Shown piece after piece: positions 16,882-25,874 of a stretch of 64,000 nucleotides of DNA. Numbering within the stretch: the stretch's first letter is position 1; every line of letters starts with the position of its first letter. The notes beneath the pieces were generated by a model, which was given only the letters and a program-made list of their open reading frames with translations, was not told where the DNA came from and did no database searches. The translations under genes and the position numbers were made by a program. Origin of the DNA: a virus. Where the stretch lies: positions 91,599-155,598 of the IMG/VR virus record IMGVR_UViG_3300045391_000822, one strand, 5' to 3'.

Positions 16882-17850
16882 TTACCCCTGATATTCAACA
16901 TTAACGATACGAGGCTTACCACGCCTAGCTGGCGTTATGGACACTACCCTATAAGAGCCGCCTCGATTGAGCAATATCTCTTCTTCCGACCTCACGGCAT
17001 GGCCGCCCTTCTTGAACTGGGAAAGTGAATCTACAGAAATAGCCTTGGATCCCTTCGGCACCTTGATGTTCAACATAGTGGGGCTATCACCGCGTACAAA
17101 ATTATCTGCGGTGTCCTCATCGGTAGACGTAGATAAGAAGGCATCGTCTTTGTAGGAATCACCGGGCTTTAGGTTAGCGAACCTATCCATATCGGTAGGG
17201 CCGACTCCCCGGAATACCTGGATGTCCTGAGTTGTGCTAGCCCTGCTAAAGGCGTCGTCCATCAACTTTACTGCCTTACGGTCTTCCTTAGACATGGAAG
17301 AACCAGTACGTAGTGCCTTGTTGACCCCCAGATACAGAGAACCAGTGTACTCATTTAGGGCTTGGCGTTCAGCATCGGATACATGGACTTCTGCGGCTTT
17401 ATGTGCCTCTGCACTCTTTGATACCCTTGAGATCTTACCTTTCTTCGGTTTAGCAGGAGCTGGTGACGGAGCCGTTTTCTTAGGTGGTGGAGAGTCCCGG
17501 GTTGGAGCAACTCTAGGACGCTCCTGAATAGGTTTCTCTTGAGATGGCGCTTTCTGCTGAGTGCTCATGTGCTTACGTATCTGATCCATAAGATCATCTG
17601 CACGCTTCTGATTCTCAAGAGTAAACGGAGCGTTGACCGTGTCCGTCCATTGCTTCTTCAGATCCTCTACACTAGGCTCTCCAGACTCCTTGGACTTCTT
17701 AGACGGTATATCACTATCCTTGCCACCTGTCCTGCCTGCATATTTAGAGTTGGGGTGCTTATCAAGGTAGTTCTTCTGTTGGATCTTAGATTTGTTGTTC
17801 CACCAATCAGCTAGAATACGCTCTGCGAATCCTCGAACTTCGTAGGACAT
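16882..17850 (-). CDS. VIP2/C3-like (R-S-E) ADP-ribosyltransferase with N-terminal tag
   Basis: YTGSLYLGVNKALR, VFRG, FLSTS, SEEEILL catalytic motifs; N-terminus GFAERILA then WW..HPNSKY. Confidence 0.85.
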   Translation of the reverse strand: MSYEVRGFAERILADWWNNKSKIQQKNYLDKHPNSKYAGRTGGKDSDIPSKKSKESGEPSVEDLKKQWTDTVNAPFTLENQKRADDLMDQIRKHMSTQQKAPSQEKPIQERPRVAPTRDSPPPKKTAPSPAPAKPKKGKISRVSKSAEAHKAAEVHVSDAERQALNEYTGSLYLGVNKALRTGSSMSKEDRKAVKLMDDAFSRASTTQDIQVFRGVGPTDMDRFANLKPGDSYKDDAFLSTSTDEDTADNFVRGDSPTMLNIKVPKGSKAISVDSLSQFKKGGHAVRSEEEILLNRGGSYRVVSITPARRGKPRIVNVEYQG

Positions 17851-17859
17851 GGCGGTTCC

Positions 17860-18258
17860 TTACTTCAGACCAGAGAAGGTAGCGATACTAAGATAGAGTA
17901 CTGTTCGCGCGCTCTCGGGTATGATGAACAACTTGGTGGCCCAACCGTCTGCATGGGAAGACATCTTAGGGTCCCAGGAGAGTAGGCGTTTCGTTCCTGC
18001 AGTGCCAGCAATAGGTGGATCTTGTCGACTCGGTGTAGCAGCCTTAAACTTCAGGGCACGCTGCAACTTCGATGCCACCTTCTTGGCCTCTTCTGGAGTC
18101 ATGCTGGCAATGAAGGCATGGGCGTCACGACCTACACCGTATTGAGGTTGCCATTTGACACCACTTACTTTGGTGACTTCGTCGATGACGCGGTGAATGG
18201 CATCTGCGCTAGCACCAGCTTCAACGATGTTGGCAAGAACGCGTTGTGCGAATGACAT
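17860..18258 (-). CDS. hypothetical protein with N-terminal tag
   Basis: Start moved to ATG 18258 (AAGGA RBS, removes overlap with 18261-18476); begins MSFAQRVLANIVEAG. Confidence 0.7.
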   Translation of the reverse strand: MSFAQRVLANIVEAGASADAIHRVIDEVTKVSGVKWQPQYGVGRDAHAFIASMTPEEAKKVASKLQRALKFKAATPSRQDPPIAGTAGTKRLLSWDPKMSSHADGWATKLFIIPESARTVLYLSIATFSGLK

Positions 18259-18260
18259 GG

Positions 18261-18476
18261 TTATTCCTTGGTATCTCTGGATGACGGACCGAACAGAAGA
18301 CCTACCACAATGCAGAGTACGATCGTCCACATGAAGTAAGAAGCTGCTGCAGGATTGGGATTCAGGTAATCCAAGCCGTATAGGTAACCGTAGACGAGGC
18401 GAATCAAGAATGTCACTATCATCGCCCGCCAGGTACCTACTCGGTAGTCCAGTATATGGTTGAGTAGATTTCTCAT
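18261..18476 (-). CDS. small two-TM protein (possible holin)
   Basis: 71 aa, two TM segments, charged C-terminal tail SSRDTKE. Confidence 0.45.
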   Translation of the reverse strand: MRNLLNHILDYRVGTWRAMIVTFLIRLVYGYLYGLDYLNPNPAAASYFMWTIVLCIVVGLLFGPSSRDTKE

Positions 18477-18489
18477 CTTATGCTTCTAT

Positions 18490-20025
18490 CTAGATGATCT
18501 TGGCGTAGACGCCACCTAGGATTGTGCCTTGGTAACGGTTGTAGACTGTGGCAGGAGAGATCGCAATACCAACCGAACCCATAGCACCGAACTGCAGAGC
18601 ACGGGGATCGCCACTACCATCACCAGTATCGTTACCCTTGATGATCAGGTTACGCTTGATGTTCGGGAGTTCGTTATCGAGGCGGGACTGGATCTTCGAT
18701 GCCATGTTGTCCAGGTAGGAAGTCTTCTCTACCGTTAATGAAATTGCCTGCCCACTGAACTCGAAAGCCTTCTCACCTTCTGCCAGGTACTGGGATTCAA
18801 TAGCGTAGAGCTCTGCTATGAGTAGCCAATACTCTCGCATCGGCCCGGTAGGGTTAGTGAACGTGATGTTCGAGAATTGCCCACCCCACATATTGAACGC
18901 ATCAGCAGCACGACGTAGCCAGGTGAGGATCGTCGCTTCAGGGAACAGAAGATCAGTAGCACCGTAAAGGGTGGTGCGGGCCTTGTTGATCTTCGCCTTC
19001 ACATCTGCGATAGCCAACGACATGCTAGGCAGGATCACCCAGAAGTCCGCACGCTCCGAGTACACCATTGAGGGCAGGTTCTGGTTCCAATACTTCCAAA
19101 CCATAGTCCACGGTTTGATGTAAGGCATAGTCATCGTAGACGTGTCTATCACGGCCGCGTAATACCAACCAGCGGCTACCCTATCAGGGCCTTGCGTTGC
19201 CGACATACCAGGAGTCATTACCTGAGTTGATCCGACCAGGGTATCATCCCAGTAGATCTCCAGAGTCACGTTATCGTAGAGCTTCTCCGTAACCAGGTAC
19301 ACGTTCGCAGATGTACCTTTCAGCTCTACCGATGGTGCTGCACCTACCGGCACCGTAGCCAAACCAGTAACCCGGAGGCCCTCGAAGTTGTAGAACTTCT
19401 GGAGGTTCGGGAGCGTCAAGGTCCACCGTATCTGGTAGGATTGGCCTTCCAACGTGGGTGGTACATTCGACGGTACGTTGATCAACGCCCTACCTAGAGC
19501 AGTGTTCGAGAACCCCGTACTCTGTACCTTATATTCATAGCAGGTACCGCTGGCGTATATCGTACCATCCGTGGTAATCAGTTCCCAGGTCATCGAGCCA
19601 CCTGCGGGGTCAACACCTGGTTCGAAAGCAAACACGCCGGTGCCTACTGCTGAACCTCCGGCGTCTAGAGAACCTACCAAGTCCTGGAACGCATCGGGGT
19701 TCTGTATGGTAAATGGTACTGCCTGTTGCGTCGCCTCTAACACCTGGGATACCAGGATTGCCGAGTAGGCCCTCGCGTTGGTATTGATTGTCAGGGGTAC
19801 CGCATAAGTGATACCGGCAGTTCCACCAGCTATGCCTACGTCTTGTACGCCTTGGGTGATAGCACCAGGCGTAACCGATATTGGTGGGGTAGTGGTAGGG
19901 GCTACCGTTCCGTAGGTGACTCCTGTTATGGTCTCACCTGAGGTGATCACCGAGTTCAGGTTTATCTGTACGGTAGTTGAGGCCCCTGCGTCTTTCGTAA
20001 AGATGAATGTCTTCGCCATCTTCAT
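18490..20025 (-). CDS. virion structural protein, possible neck/head-tail adaptor
   Basis: Beta-sandwich N-terminal domains, helical C-terminus with FEFSGQAISLTVEK..YL pattern like adaptor proteins; probable start ATG 20019. Confidence 0.5.
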   Translation of the reverse strand: MKMAKTFIFTKDAGASTTVQINLNSVITSGETITGVTYGTVAPTTTPPISVTPGAITQGVQDVGIAGGTAGITYAVPLTINTNARAYSAILVSQVLEATQQAVPFTIQNPDAFQDLVGSLDAGGSAVGTGVFAFEPGVDPAGGSMTWELITTDGTIYASGTCYEYKVQSTGFSNTALGRALINVPSNVPPTLEGQSYQIRWTLTLPNLQKFYNFEGLRVTGLATVPVGAAPSVELKGTSANVYLVTEKLYDNVTLEIYWDDTLVGSTQVMTPGMSATQGPDRVAAGWYYAAVIDTSTMTMPYIKPWTMVWKYWNQNLPSMVYSERADFWVILPSMSLAIADVKAKINKARTTLYGATDLLFPEATILTWLRRAADAFNMWGGQFSNITFTNPTGPMREYWLLIAELYAIESQYLAEGEKAFEFSGQAISLTVEKTSYLDNMASKIQSRLDNELPNIKRNLIIKGNDTGDGSGDPRALQFGAMGSVGIAISPATVYNRYQGTILGGVYAKII

Positions 20026-20030
20026 TCCTT

Positions 20031-21461
20031 TTATTTCGAGGCCTTGAAGTGTGCCTTCAACAGGACCACCGCTTCTGCCAGTGCTGCCTTTTCTGCAGGA
20101 TCCAATTGCTCTTCCAGCCTAGCTGCTTCTCGCCTTGCCATAGCCTGTATTACCAGTTGTGCATTGACCGACAACGTCTTACCATTCAGGGACGCAGTCG
20201 TCACTTCCAGGTGTCCGTCTTTCCGAAGTTGCACCGATTGGTCTAGTCCAGTGTGGTCTATCGGCTTCACCCATATCTTGCCTTTCTTACGGAAATGATC
20301 CGTCCTCAACACCCGGTCTAACAACTCCAACCTATCTTTGGGCACCGGAGCTTTCGACACCCGTGTGAAGTAACCAGTCTGCTTGAACTCCAACCGAGTG
20401 ACCTTACTCAGGAAATGAGTAGTCTCATCTACCGTGTTCAGCATCAACTCACCTCGGTCTGCCGCGCCTTCATCATACTCTGTAGGCTTACCGAACTTGC
20501 GTTCCAGGTTCTCTAATGCCATAGGAGAAGCCATCGACGGTGCGTTCACTCCAGACTGGGAAGGGTCTTCGTGTCCTTCCATTTCAGGATCACCAGGAGC
20601 TAGACGATCGCGTGTCACCGCAAAGCCGGGAGCAATATCTGGTGTTATCGACTCCTCGGTCATTCCAGTACCAACACCAGTCATCTCCGCGTCTTCTGGT
20701 TGACCGTTGAAGTCCTTGCCAAGGAAGTCCATCGAGGAAAGGACCCGCATAGCCGCTTCCGACTTTCCAGGAGACTGAGGTGCTTCTATCTCGTGGGACT
20801 CATCCGGCTTCTTCTGTGATGGGGCTTCATGCTTTTCCTGGCCCTCCCCATCATCATTGGTCTTCGGTTTCTTGGGAGGTGGCTCGTGTTTAACCGCCTC
20901 TTTGTCTGGACCTTCTTCTCCGCTCTTCTGGTCTTCAGCCGGCTTCTCATCTGCCGTAGAATCATCAGCAGAGCCACCAGCTCCAGATCCTCCATCCTCT
21001 TGTTCACCCTTGATATACCAGGAGCCATCAAGGCGTATCGCTTCGTAGGATTTACCATTGAAGGAGAAACTAGCGGTGCCTAGTAGACTGTTAATCCCAT
21101 CTAGCTCTTCTGCATCTAGTGCAGGCATACCGGTGATGTCAGATGTCTTCTTTGAGTACTCTTCTACCTGATCCTTATCAGAAGGTATTCCATCTGCAGG
21201 AACCTTAGAGTCATCTTGGAATCCATAGGAATCATGTTCTTCTTCGAATTCCTGTTCATCGGAAACCGGCTCTTCTCCACTAGACGAAGGATCTACCGAT
21301 GCAGGATCCGGTGTGGGGTTCGGCCCTGGAATCACGTCGATAGGATCATCATGTGGAACTGGTACCGCTTCTACCGATAAACCTAAGGTAGATAGGATAC
21401 GGTTACTCAGAGGGTTCGTGTTCTTGAGGTTCTTATTGAGGTTACCAACGGTGTACTTCAT
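20031..21461 (-). CDS. acidic low-complexity putative internal head/core protein
   Basis: D/E/P-rich; internal tag-like LSNRILST and AAMRVLSS; start moved to ATG 21461 (GGAG RBS). Confidence 0.6.
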   Translation of the reverse strand: MKYTVGNLNKNLKNTNPLSNRILSTLGLSVEAVPVPHDDPIDVIPGPNPTPDPASVDPSSSGEEPVSDEQEFEEEHDSYGFQDDSKVPADGIPSDKDQVEEYSKKTSDITGMPALDAEELDGINSLLGTASFSFNGKSYEAIRLDGSWYIKGEQEDGGSGAGGSADDSTADEKPAEDQKSGEEGPDKEAVKHEPPPKKPKTNDDGEGQEKHEAPSQKKPDESHEIEAPQSPGKSEAAMRVLSSMDFLGKDFNGQPEDAEMTGVGTGMTEESITPDIAPGFAVTRDRLAPGDPEMEGHEDPSQSGVNAPSMASPMALENLERKFGKPTEYDEGAADRGELMLNTVDETTHFLSKVTRLEFKQTGYFTRVSKAPVPKDRLELLDRVLRTDHFRKKGKIWVKPIDHTGLDQSVQLRKDGHLEVTTASLNGKTLSVNAQLVIQAMARREAARLEEQLDPAEKAALAEAVVLLKAHFKASK

Positions 21462-21554
21462 GTTCTTCTCCACCTATTGAAGGTGTTCTGTTCAGGAGTT
21501 CGGGAGCGGGTGGTGTATCTCGAAGTGGGGGTGTCCTAGAGATGGTGTGTTCAA

Positions 21555-21617
21555 CCTACCTAGAAAACCTTAAGAATAGGGCTAAGAGGAGTGGGGTGTA
21601 AAAGGGTTGGAATCCAT
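21555..21617. repeat. intergenic repeated element, copy 2
   Basis: Matches 11004-11066; overlaps a 9-bp inverted repeat GGTGTAAAA (21595) / TTTTACACC (21621). Confidence 0.75.
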
Positions 21618-21747
21618 TGGTTTTACACCTATAGAAAGTGATGTTAGGACCTCTGAAGACCCCACAGGATACCAGGAGACCAAATGTCTTCTAAACAGGC
21701 CCTTAAAATTCCACCTAACACGGAGTCCAGGTCTCCGGACCGGCCCC

Positions 21748-23544
21748 CTAAACATCTAGGTTTATCTTGTCTAGGAAACCACGTCGATCTACGTTGAACT
21801 GTAAACGTGCACCAGTATCTAAGATAACCTGGAATACCGAATCAGTGCCTTGACGTACAACCTGAGATGGCTTGTACGGACGCATCTTCAAGTTCGCCAT
21901 ACCTAGTGCAGCAACAAATGCCAAGAAGTTCACATCTGTAGAGAACGTAATAGCACCTTCCTGCTCGTCAATTAATGCACGTCCACGAGTGAACTTAAGA
22001 ACAGTCTTTACCATGATAGACCATGCTTTAGCATTAACTCGTTGGATACGTGATTTACGCTCCTCTTCAGCATCTGGTGTAGATTCTGAGTCCTTCGAAT
22101 CGGTCTTACCTATACCCGTAGAAGTCCTGTCCCTAGACCTATCTTCGCCTAGAACAGGAGATCCTTTATACACCGATCCAGTAGACTTAGCAGAGCTGGA
22201 ATTATAGCCAGAACGAATCTTAGCTTGTACGATCTCAAGGTTTGTCTCCATACCTACAGAAGAGGTTATGCCAGCACCGGGGGCACTAAGAGACTGGAAT
22301 AACTGTCCTTTCTCTTTAGGTGTAAGGCCCTGGATATCGGAGGTCTCACCTATGTCTGAGGTTGAATCTGTATCGTCATCACCCTCACCAGCACCCTCTG
22401 CGGAAACCTCTGAAGTATTATCCTCAGATTCACCTAAATCATAGGTGTATGGATCTTCTTCTAGTTCACCGTCAGAATTGATTTCTGTATGCCATTCGGT
22501 GCTATCTGGATCTAGTAGTTGTTCCCCCTCTTCTGGTGTTTCTAGAGAGGAATCTACTTCATCTGGAAACCCATGTTCTTGGTAGTATTCCAGTTGATCG
22601 CCGCAGGCTTCTACTCCGGTGTCTTTGGATTCCTTAGATTCTTTGTTGAGCTTGTTTGCATATGGATCACGTAGTAAGGACCCATCTACTCCTAATGGCG
22701 TTTGCATACTCTCACCGTTTTGTGGACGCATATCCGGAACTATTTGGTTACCCACTCCCATGCCTCTGCTGATATCATCCAACCCTAGGGCGCGGACTGA
22801 CCGGTTTTTACCACCCTTTTTAACCCCTGGAATAGCCCCATTTTCTGGAGTTAAGGACTGCTCGAAATCTTGTGATTCCTGGCCGGTGTCGGACTCTTCT
22901 GGTATTTGGAGCGCACCTTCTTCCGGATCCTCATCATCCTCGGACCCAAGGAGTAGCAGATCTTCCTCATCTACCGGAGGAACTAAGGGATCACCAGCAT
23001 CTCCAGCACCAGCGCCTTCTGGTCCTAGTTCTGGATATTCTAGATCAGGAGTAGGCTTAAGAGTAGGAGTAGAGGCATGTTCGCTAAGAGATGGCGTACC
23101 GCTGGTGGTTGAACCAGGAGAACCGATGTTGTTATCAGCGCGGGATGCATCATACAACTCGTTTAATTCCTGTTCGTCATCACCTGGATTTTCATCCATT
23201 GGATTGCTCATATTTCCTTCTCCTGGGCCGGTCTTAAGATTAACCCGCTCGGCGGTTGTTGAGACGGAGCTAGCGCCGGCAAAGGGTTCTGTTCCGATTG
23301 CTTGTGTTGGATCATCGGCTGAATCTGACGGCGCATCGTCCAAATCATTAGGGGTAGGTGACGTATCATCTGGAGATCCAGGAAGCCTAGGTAATTCGGT
23401 TATCTTCTGTTGAGGAACTACAGGATCAGGACGCAGGTTATTCTGCTGCGTCTTATCAGGGAATTGATAACCAGGTAGTTGTGGGCACTCGTTATCTGCC
23501 TGATCCTGTCGTGGAATGTCTGCTAGAATCTTTTTCTTAGACAT
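21748..23544 (-). CDS. highly acidic low-complexity putative internal head/scaffold-like protein
   Basis: About 600 aa, mostly D/E/S/P/G with a small folded C-terminal domain. Confidence 0.6.
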   Translation of the reverse strand: MSKKKILADIPRQDQADNECPQLPGYQFPDKTQQNNLRPDPVVPQQKITELPRLPGSPDDTSPTPNDLDDAPSDSADDPTQAIGTEPFAGASSVSTTAERVNLKTGPGEGNMSNPMDENPGDDEQELNELYDASRADNNIGSPGSTTSGTPSLSEHASTPTLKPTPDLEYPELGPEGAGAGDAGDPLVPPVDEEDLLLLGSEDDEDPEEGALQIPEESDTGQESQDFEQSLTPENGAIPGVKKGGKNRSVRALGLDDISRGMGVGNQIVPDMRPQNGESMQTPLGVDGSLLRDPYANKLNKESKESKDTGVEACGDQLEYYQEHGFPDEVDSSLETPEEGEQLLDPDSTEWHTEINSDGELEEDPYTYDLGESEDNTSEVSAEGAGEGDDDTDSTSDIGETSDIQGLTPKEKGQLFQSLSAPGAGITSSVGMETNLEIVQAKIRSGYNSSSAKSTGSVYKGSPVLGEDRSRDRTSTGIGKTDSKDSESTPDAEEERKSRIQRVNAKAWSIMVKTVLKFTRGRALIDEQEGAITFSTDVNFLAFVAALGMANLKMRPYKPSQVVRQGTDSVFQVILDTGARLQFNVDRRGFLDKINLDV

Positions 23545-23549
23545 CTGGA

Positions 23550-24170
23550 TTACCAACCTGAACGGCCTCGGCCTCCACGACGCTGGTCACGCTGACGTGG
23601 AGTCTTGGATCCTTCGTAGGCAGCTTCAAGAGTACCTTGTTCGCCTTGGTCTACCAATTCTGGTGTTTCCGAATCTGTGGCAACAAGAATACGAGATGCT
23701 ATGGTGCTGGCTTTCATTTGTTCACCGTCTTGCTGATGTTGTAGATCGTTCAATTCTTGTTGGAGTTCATCAGCCCAATCACGATCTCCAGTTCGTTTCG
23801 CATCCTGGAGTTGTTGGCGGATATTTTTGATTTGCTCATCTAATTTCGACGCCATAATCTTCTCCACGACGTGGTTGAATTGGCTGAAAAGGGAAGAGGC
23901 CGCTACGGTGTAGACGGCCCCTGTAGGACATGGGAATGAGGAACTATCTCCCAGGGGAGAACAGAAAATGCTATCCACTTCGCGTAGAGGATACACCAGA
24001 TAAGGTTCACCGTCGAGAATGATTGCCACGTCGTACAACACTTTCGATTCGTTGAACCCCACACCGACGATTTGACCGGGTATGGGGTCCACACCAGTAC
24101 CCAGGTTGAGTGTGCAGGCATCACCTATAGCCAATCGTGCAGGGAACACCTCTTTGGAGTGGATCTTCAT
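23550..24170 (-). CDS. hypothetical protein (beta-rich N-terminus, coiled coil, internal tag-like motif)
   Basis: 206 aa; internal MKASTIASRILVA. Confidence 0.6.
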   Translation of the reverse strand: MKIHSKEVFPARLAIGDACTLNLGTGVDPIPGQIVGVGFNESKVLYDVAIILDGEPYLVYPLREVDSIFCSPLGDSSSFPCPTGAVYTVAASSLFSQFNHVVEKIMASKLDEQIKNIRQQLQDAKRTGDRDWADELQQELNDLQHQQDGEQMKASTIASRILVATDSETPELVDQGEQGTLEAAYEGSKTPRQRDQRRGGRGRSGW

Positions 24171-24172
24171 TT

Positions 24173-24574
24173 CTATGCCTCTGGATTAGGAGGATTCTGC
24201 GACATGTAGATTTTCGCTGCACGGGAAAAGGCAGAAGCTAAAGCAGAGGTTACGTATTCCGATCGGGAGCGTATTGCCTTAGACAACAGCTCTGGAAAGG
24301 AGCTAGCCATAACCTTGTAATAGCCTTTCCCTTTGATTGGGAAACTAACGCCTAGGCGAGAGATTGTCATTCCGTAGGATGATATTTCTCGCAGCTGGTA
24401 GGAGTAATAAGATACCTGAAGCCCATCGAATTGCCAATGGGCTTCACGAGTTCCGTCTTTCGATGGCTGTTCACCTAGGACTTTACTCAATAGGTCAACG
24501 GTGTATTTGTGATTGTCTGCGGGGTTTGCTTTGATTTGTAGAGCGCTCAGAATACGTTGAGCAAGGTGCTGCAT
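24173..24574 (-). CDS. hypothetical protein with N-terminal tag
   Basis: Begins MQHLAQRILSALQIKA; GGAGAGG RBS. Confidence 0.7.
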   Translation of the reverse strand: MQHLAQRILSALQIKANPADNHKYTVDLLSKVLGEQPSKDGTREAHWQFDGLQVSYYSYQLREISSYGMTISRLGVSFPIKGKGYYKVMASSFPELLSKAIRSRSEYVTSALASAFSRAAKIYMSQNPPNPEA

Positions 24575-24593
24575 GGTCCTCTCCGGTTATTGC

Positions 24594-25874
24594 TTATTCT
24601 TTCGGTTGGGTAAAGATACGTGCGATCTTCTTGATCTGCGTATCGTTCAGGTCGAAACGCTCACGCAGGAATTCCAGATCGTGCTGCGTCAGATCATTAC
24701 CCTGTCCGACGGTGGTAACAATGAAGTCGATGTAGTATTGGCCACCCTCTTTGCCAGGCTTCATACGGATCTTCGTACCACGGGACTTCTTCACAACCTG
24801 TTTAACTTCAAGTAGGAGAGTGGTGGCCATCTTGGTAACGCTGGACTTATCTACACCAGCAACCTTGCGGAAGGTAAACCGTAGAGTATGAGTAGAAGGA
24901 TCGACCCCGACTTTCTGGATGTAATCCCTGTAGGAGAACATCTCCTTGGTGAGTTCTGTGGGATCCAAATTCATCTGGAAGGACAAGGGGATGACACCAA
25001 GTGACGAACTAAAGTTCTCTACTTCAAGCATGTCAGCCAAAGTTTTTACTGCGTCACCAACAGATTCAACATCATGCCCGTCAGAACGAGCAGCTAACTT
25101 CAAGGGCAGCTCAAACTCATGGTCCAGGTAGATCTTAACAGAAGCTTCTTCACCTGACTTAGCAAAGTTTCCTTGATTCCATTGCACTGCGATGTAGAGA
25201 GCAGGAGCTGCTTCACCATCTTCATTGAGAGCGTTGATCAGCATGATGTAGGAGGTGAAAACTAGAGAGCCCCCTTCGGAAACGTTGACGTACAGGAACG
25301 TCTTGGAGTCCTCGAAATGCACATGCTCTTCGACTTCACGCGCAATCGCATCGATGTAGTCTTGGAACGATTTCGGTACGTGGGCTTCAGCTACTTCGTT
25401 CAGGAAACCAAGAACTTCCGAGAGCTGTGCTTGGATTTCTTGCTTCAGCTTGGTAATACCGCCTTTCGCTCGTTCTAGATCACGAGCATCAGGAAACTGC
25501 ATATCTAGTTGAGCCTCAACAGCTTCCAGGGTCTGGTACTTGCTGTACAGATCTTGTGCAAGCCCGTATTGATTCTTTAGCTTACCGATGGCAGGTACCA
25601 CCACACGATCGAGTTTCTTATCGATCGTTTTCTTCAAGGCTTGTTTCCGCTTGCGTTGATCCGAAGCAGAAGGTGGAGTCACGTTGAACTCTTCAAAGGT
25701 AGCGGCTTGGATCTTCATCGAAGCAGCCACCCAATCTTGAGGACGGGTAAGGAAAGACAGAACCTTCTGTTGTTTGCGAACTAGTTGGCTGAGGTCTCGA
25801 ACCTCTTCAGCCATTTCCGACACGAACTTATCCACGTCAGAGACGTAGCGGAACTTGGGGAGATCTTGCGCCAT
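24594..25874 (-). CDS. putative virion structural protein
   Basis: Start moved to ATG 25874 (GGAG RBS, downstream of promoter motif); coiled-coil N-terminus. Confidence 0.6.
   Translation of the reverse strand: MAQDLPKFRYVSDVDKFVSEMAEEVRDLSQLVRKQQKVLSFLTRPQDWVAASMKIQAATFEEFNVTPPSASDQRKRKQALKKTIDKKLDRVVVPAIGKLKNQYGLAQDLYSKYQTLEAVEAQLDMQFPDARDLERAKGGITKLKQEIQAQLSEVLGFLNEVAEAHVPKSFQDYIDAIAREVEEHVHFEDSKTFLYVNVSEGGSLVFTSYIMLINALNEDGEAAPALYIAVQWNQGNFAKSGEEASVKIYLDHEFELPLKLAARSDGHDVESVGDAVKTLADMLEVENFSSSLGVIPLSFQMNLDPTELTKEMFSYRDYIQKVGVDPSTHTLRFTFRKVAGVDKSSVTKMATTLLLEVKQVVKKSRGTKIRMKPGKEGGQYYIDFIVTTVGQGNDLTQHDLEFLRERFDLNDTQIKKIARIFTQPKE

Noticed and set aside
17860-18330. Track start giving a 156-aa protein
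   Set aside because: Overlaps the upstream gene; ATG 18258 has an RBS and exposes the shared tag
22619-23413. 264-aa antisense ORF (similar ones at 9290-9859, 36772-37353, 62056-62493)
   Set aside because: Ser-rich shadow frames opposite acidic or Thr/Gly-rich genes; no RBS or domain signal
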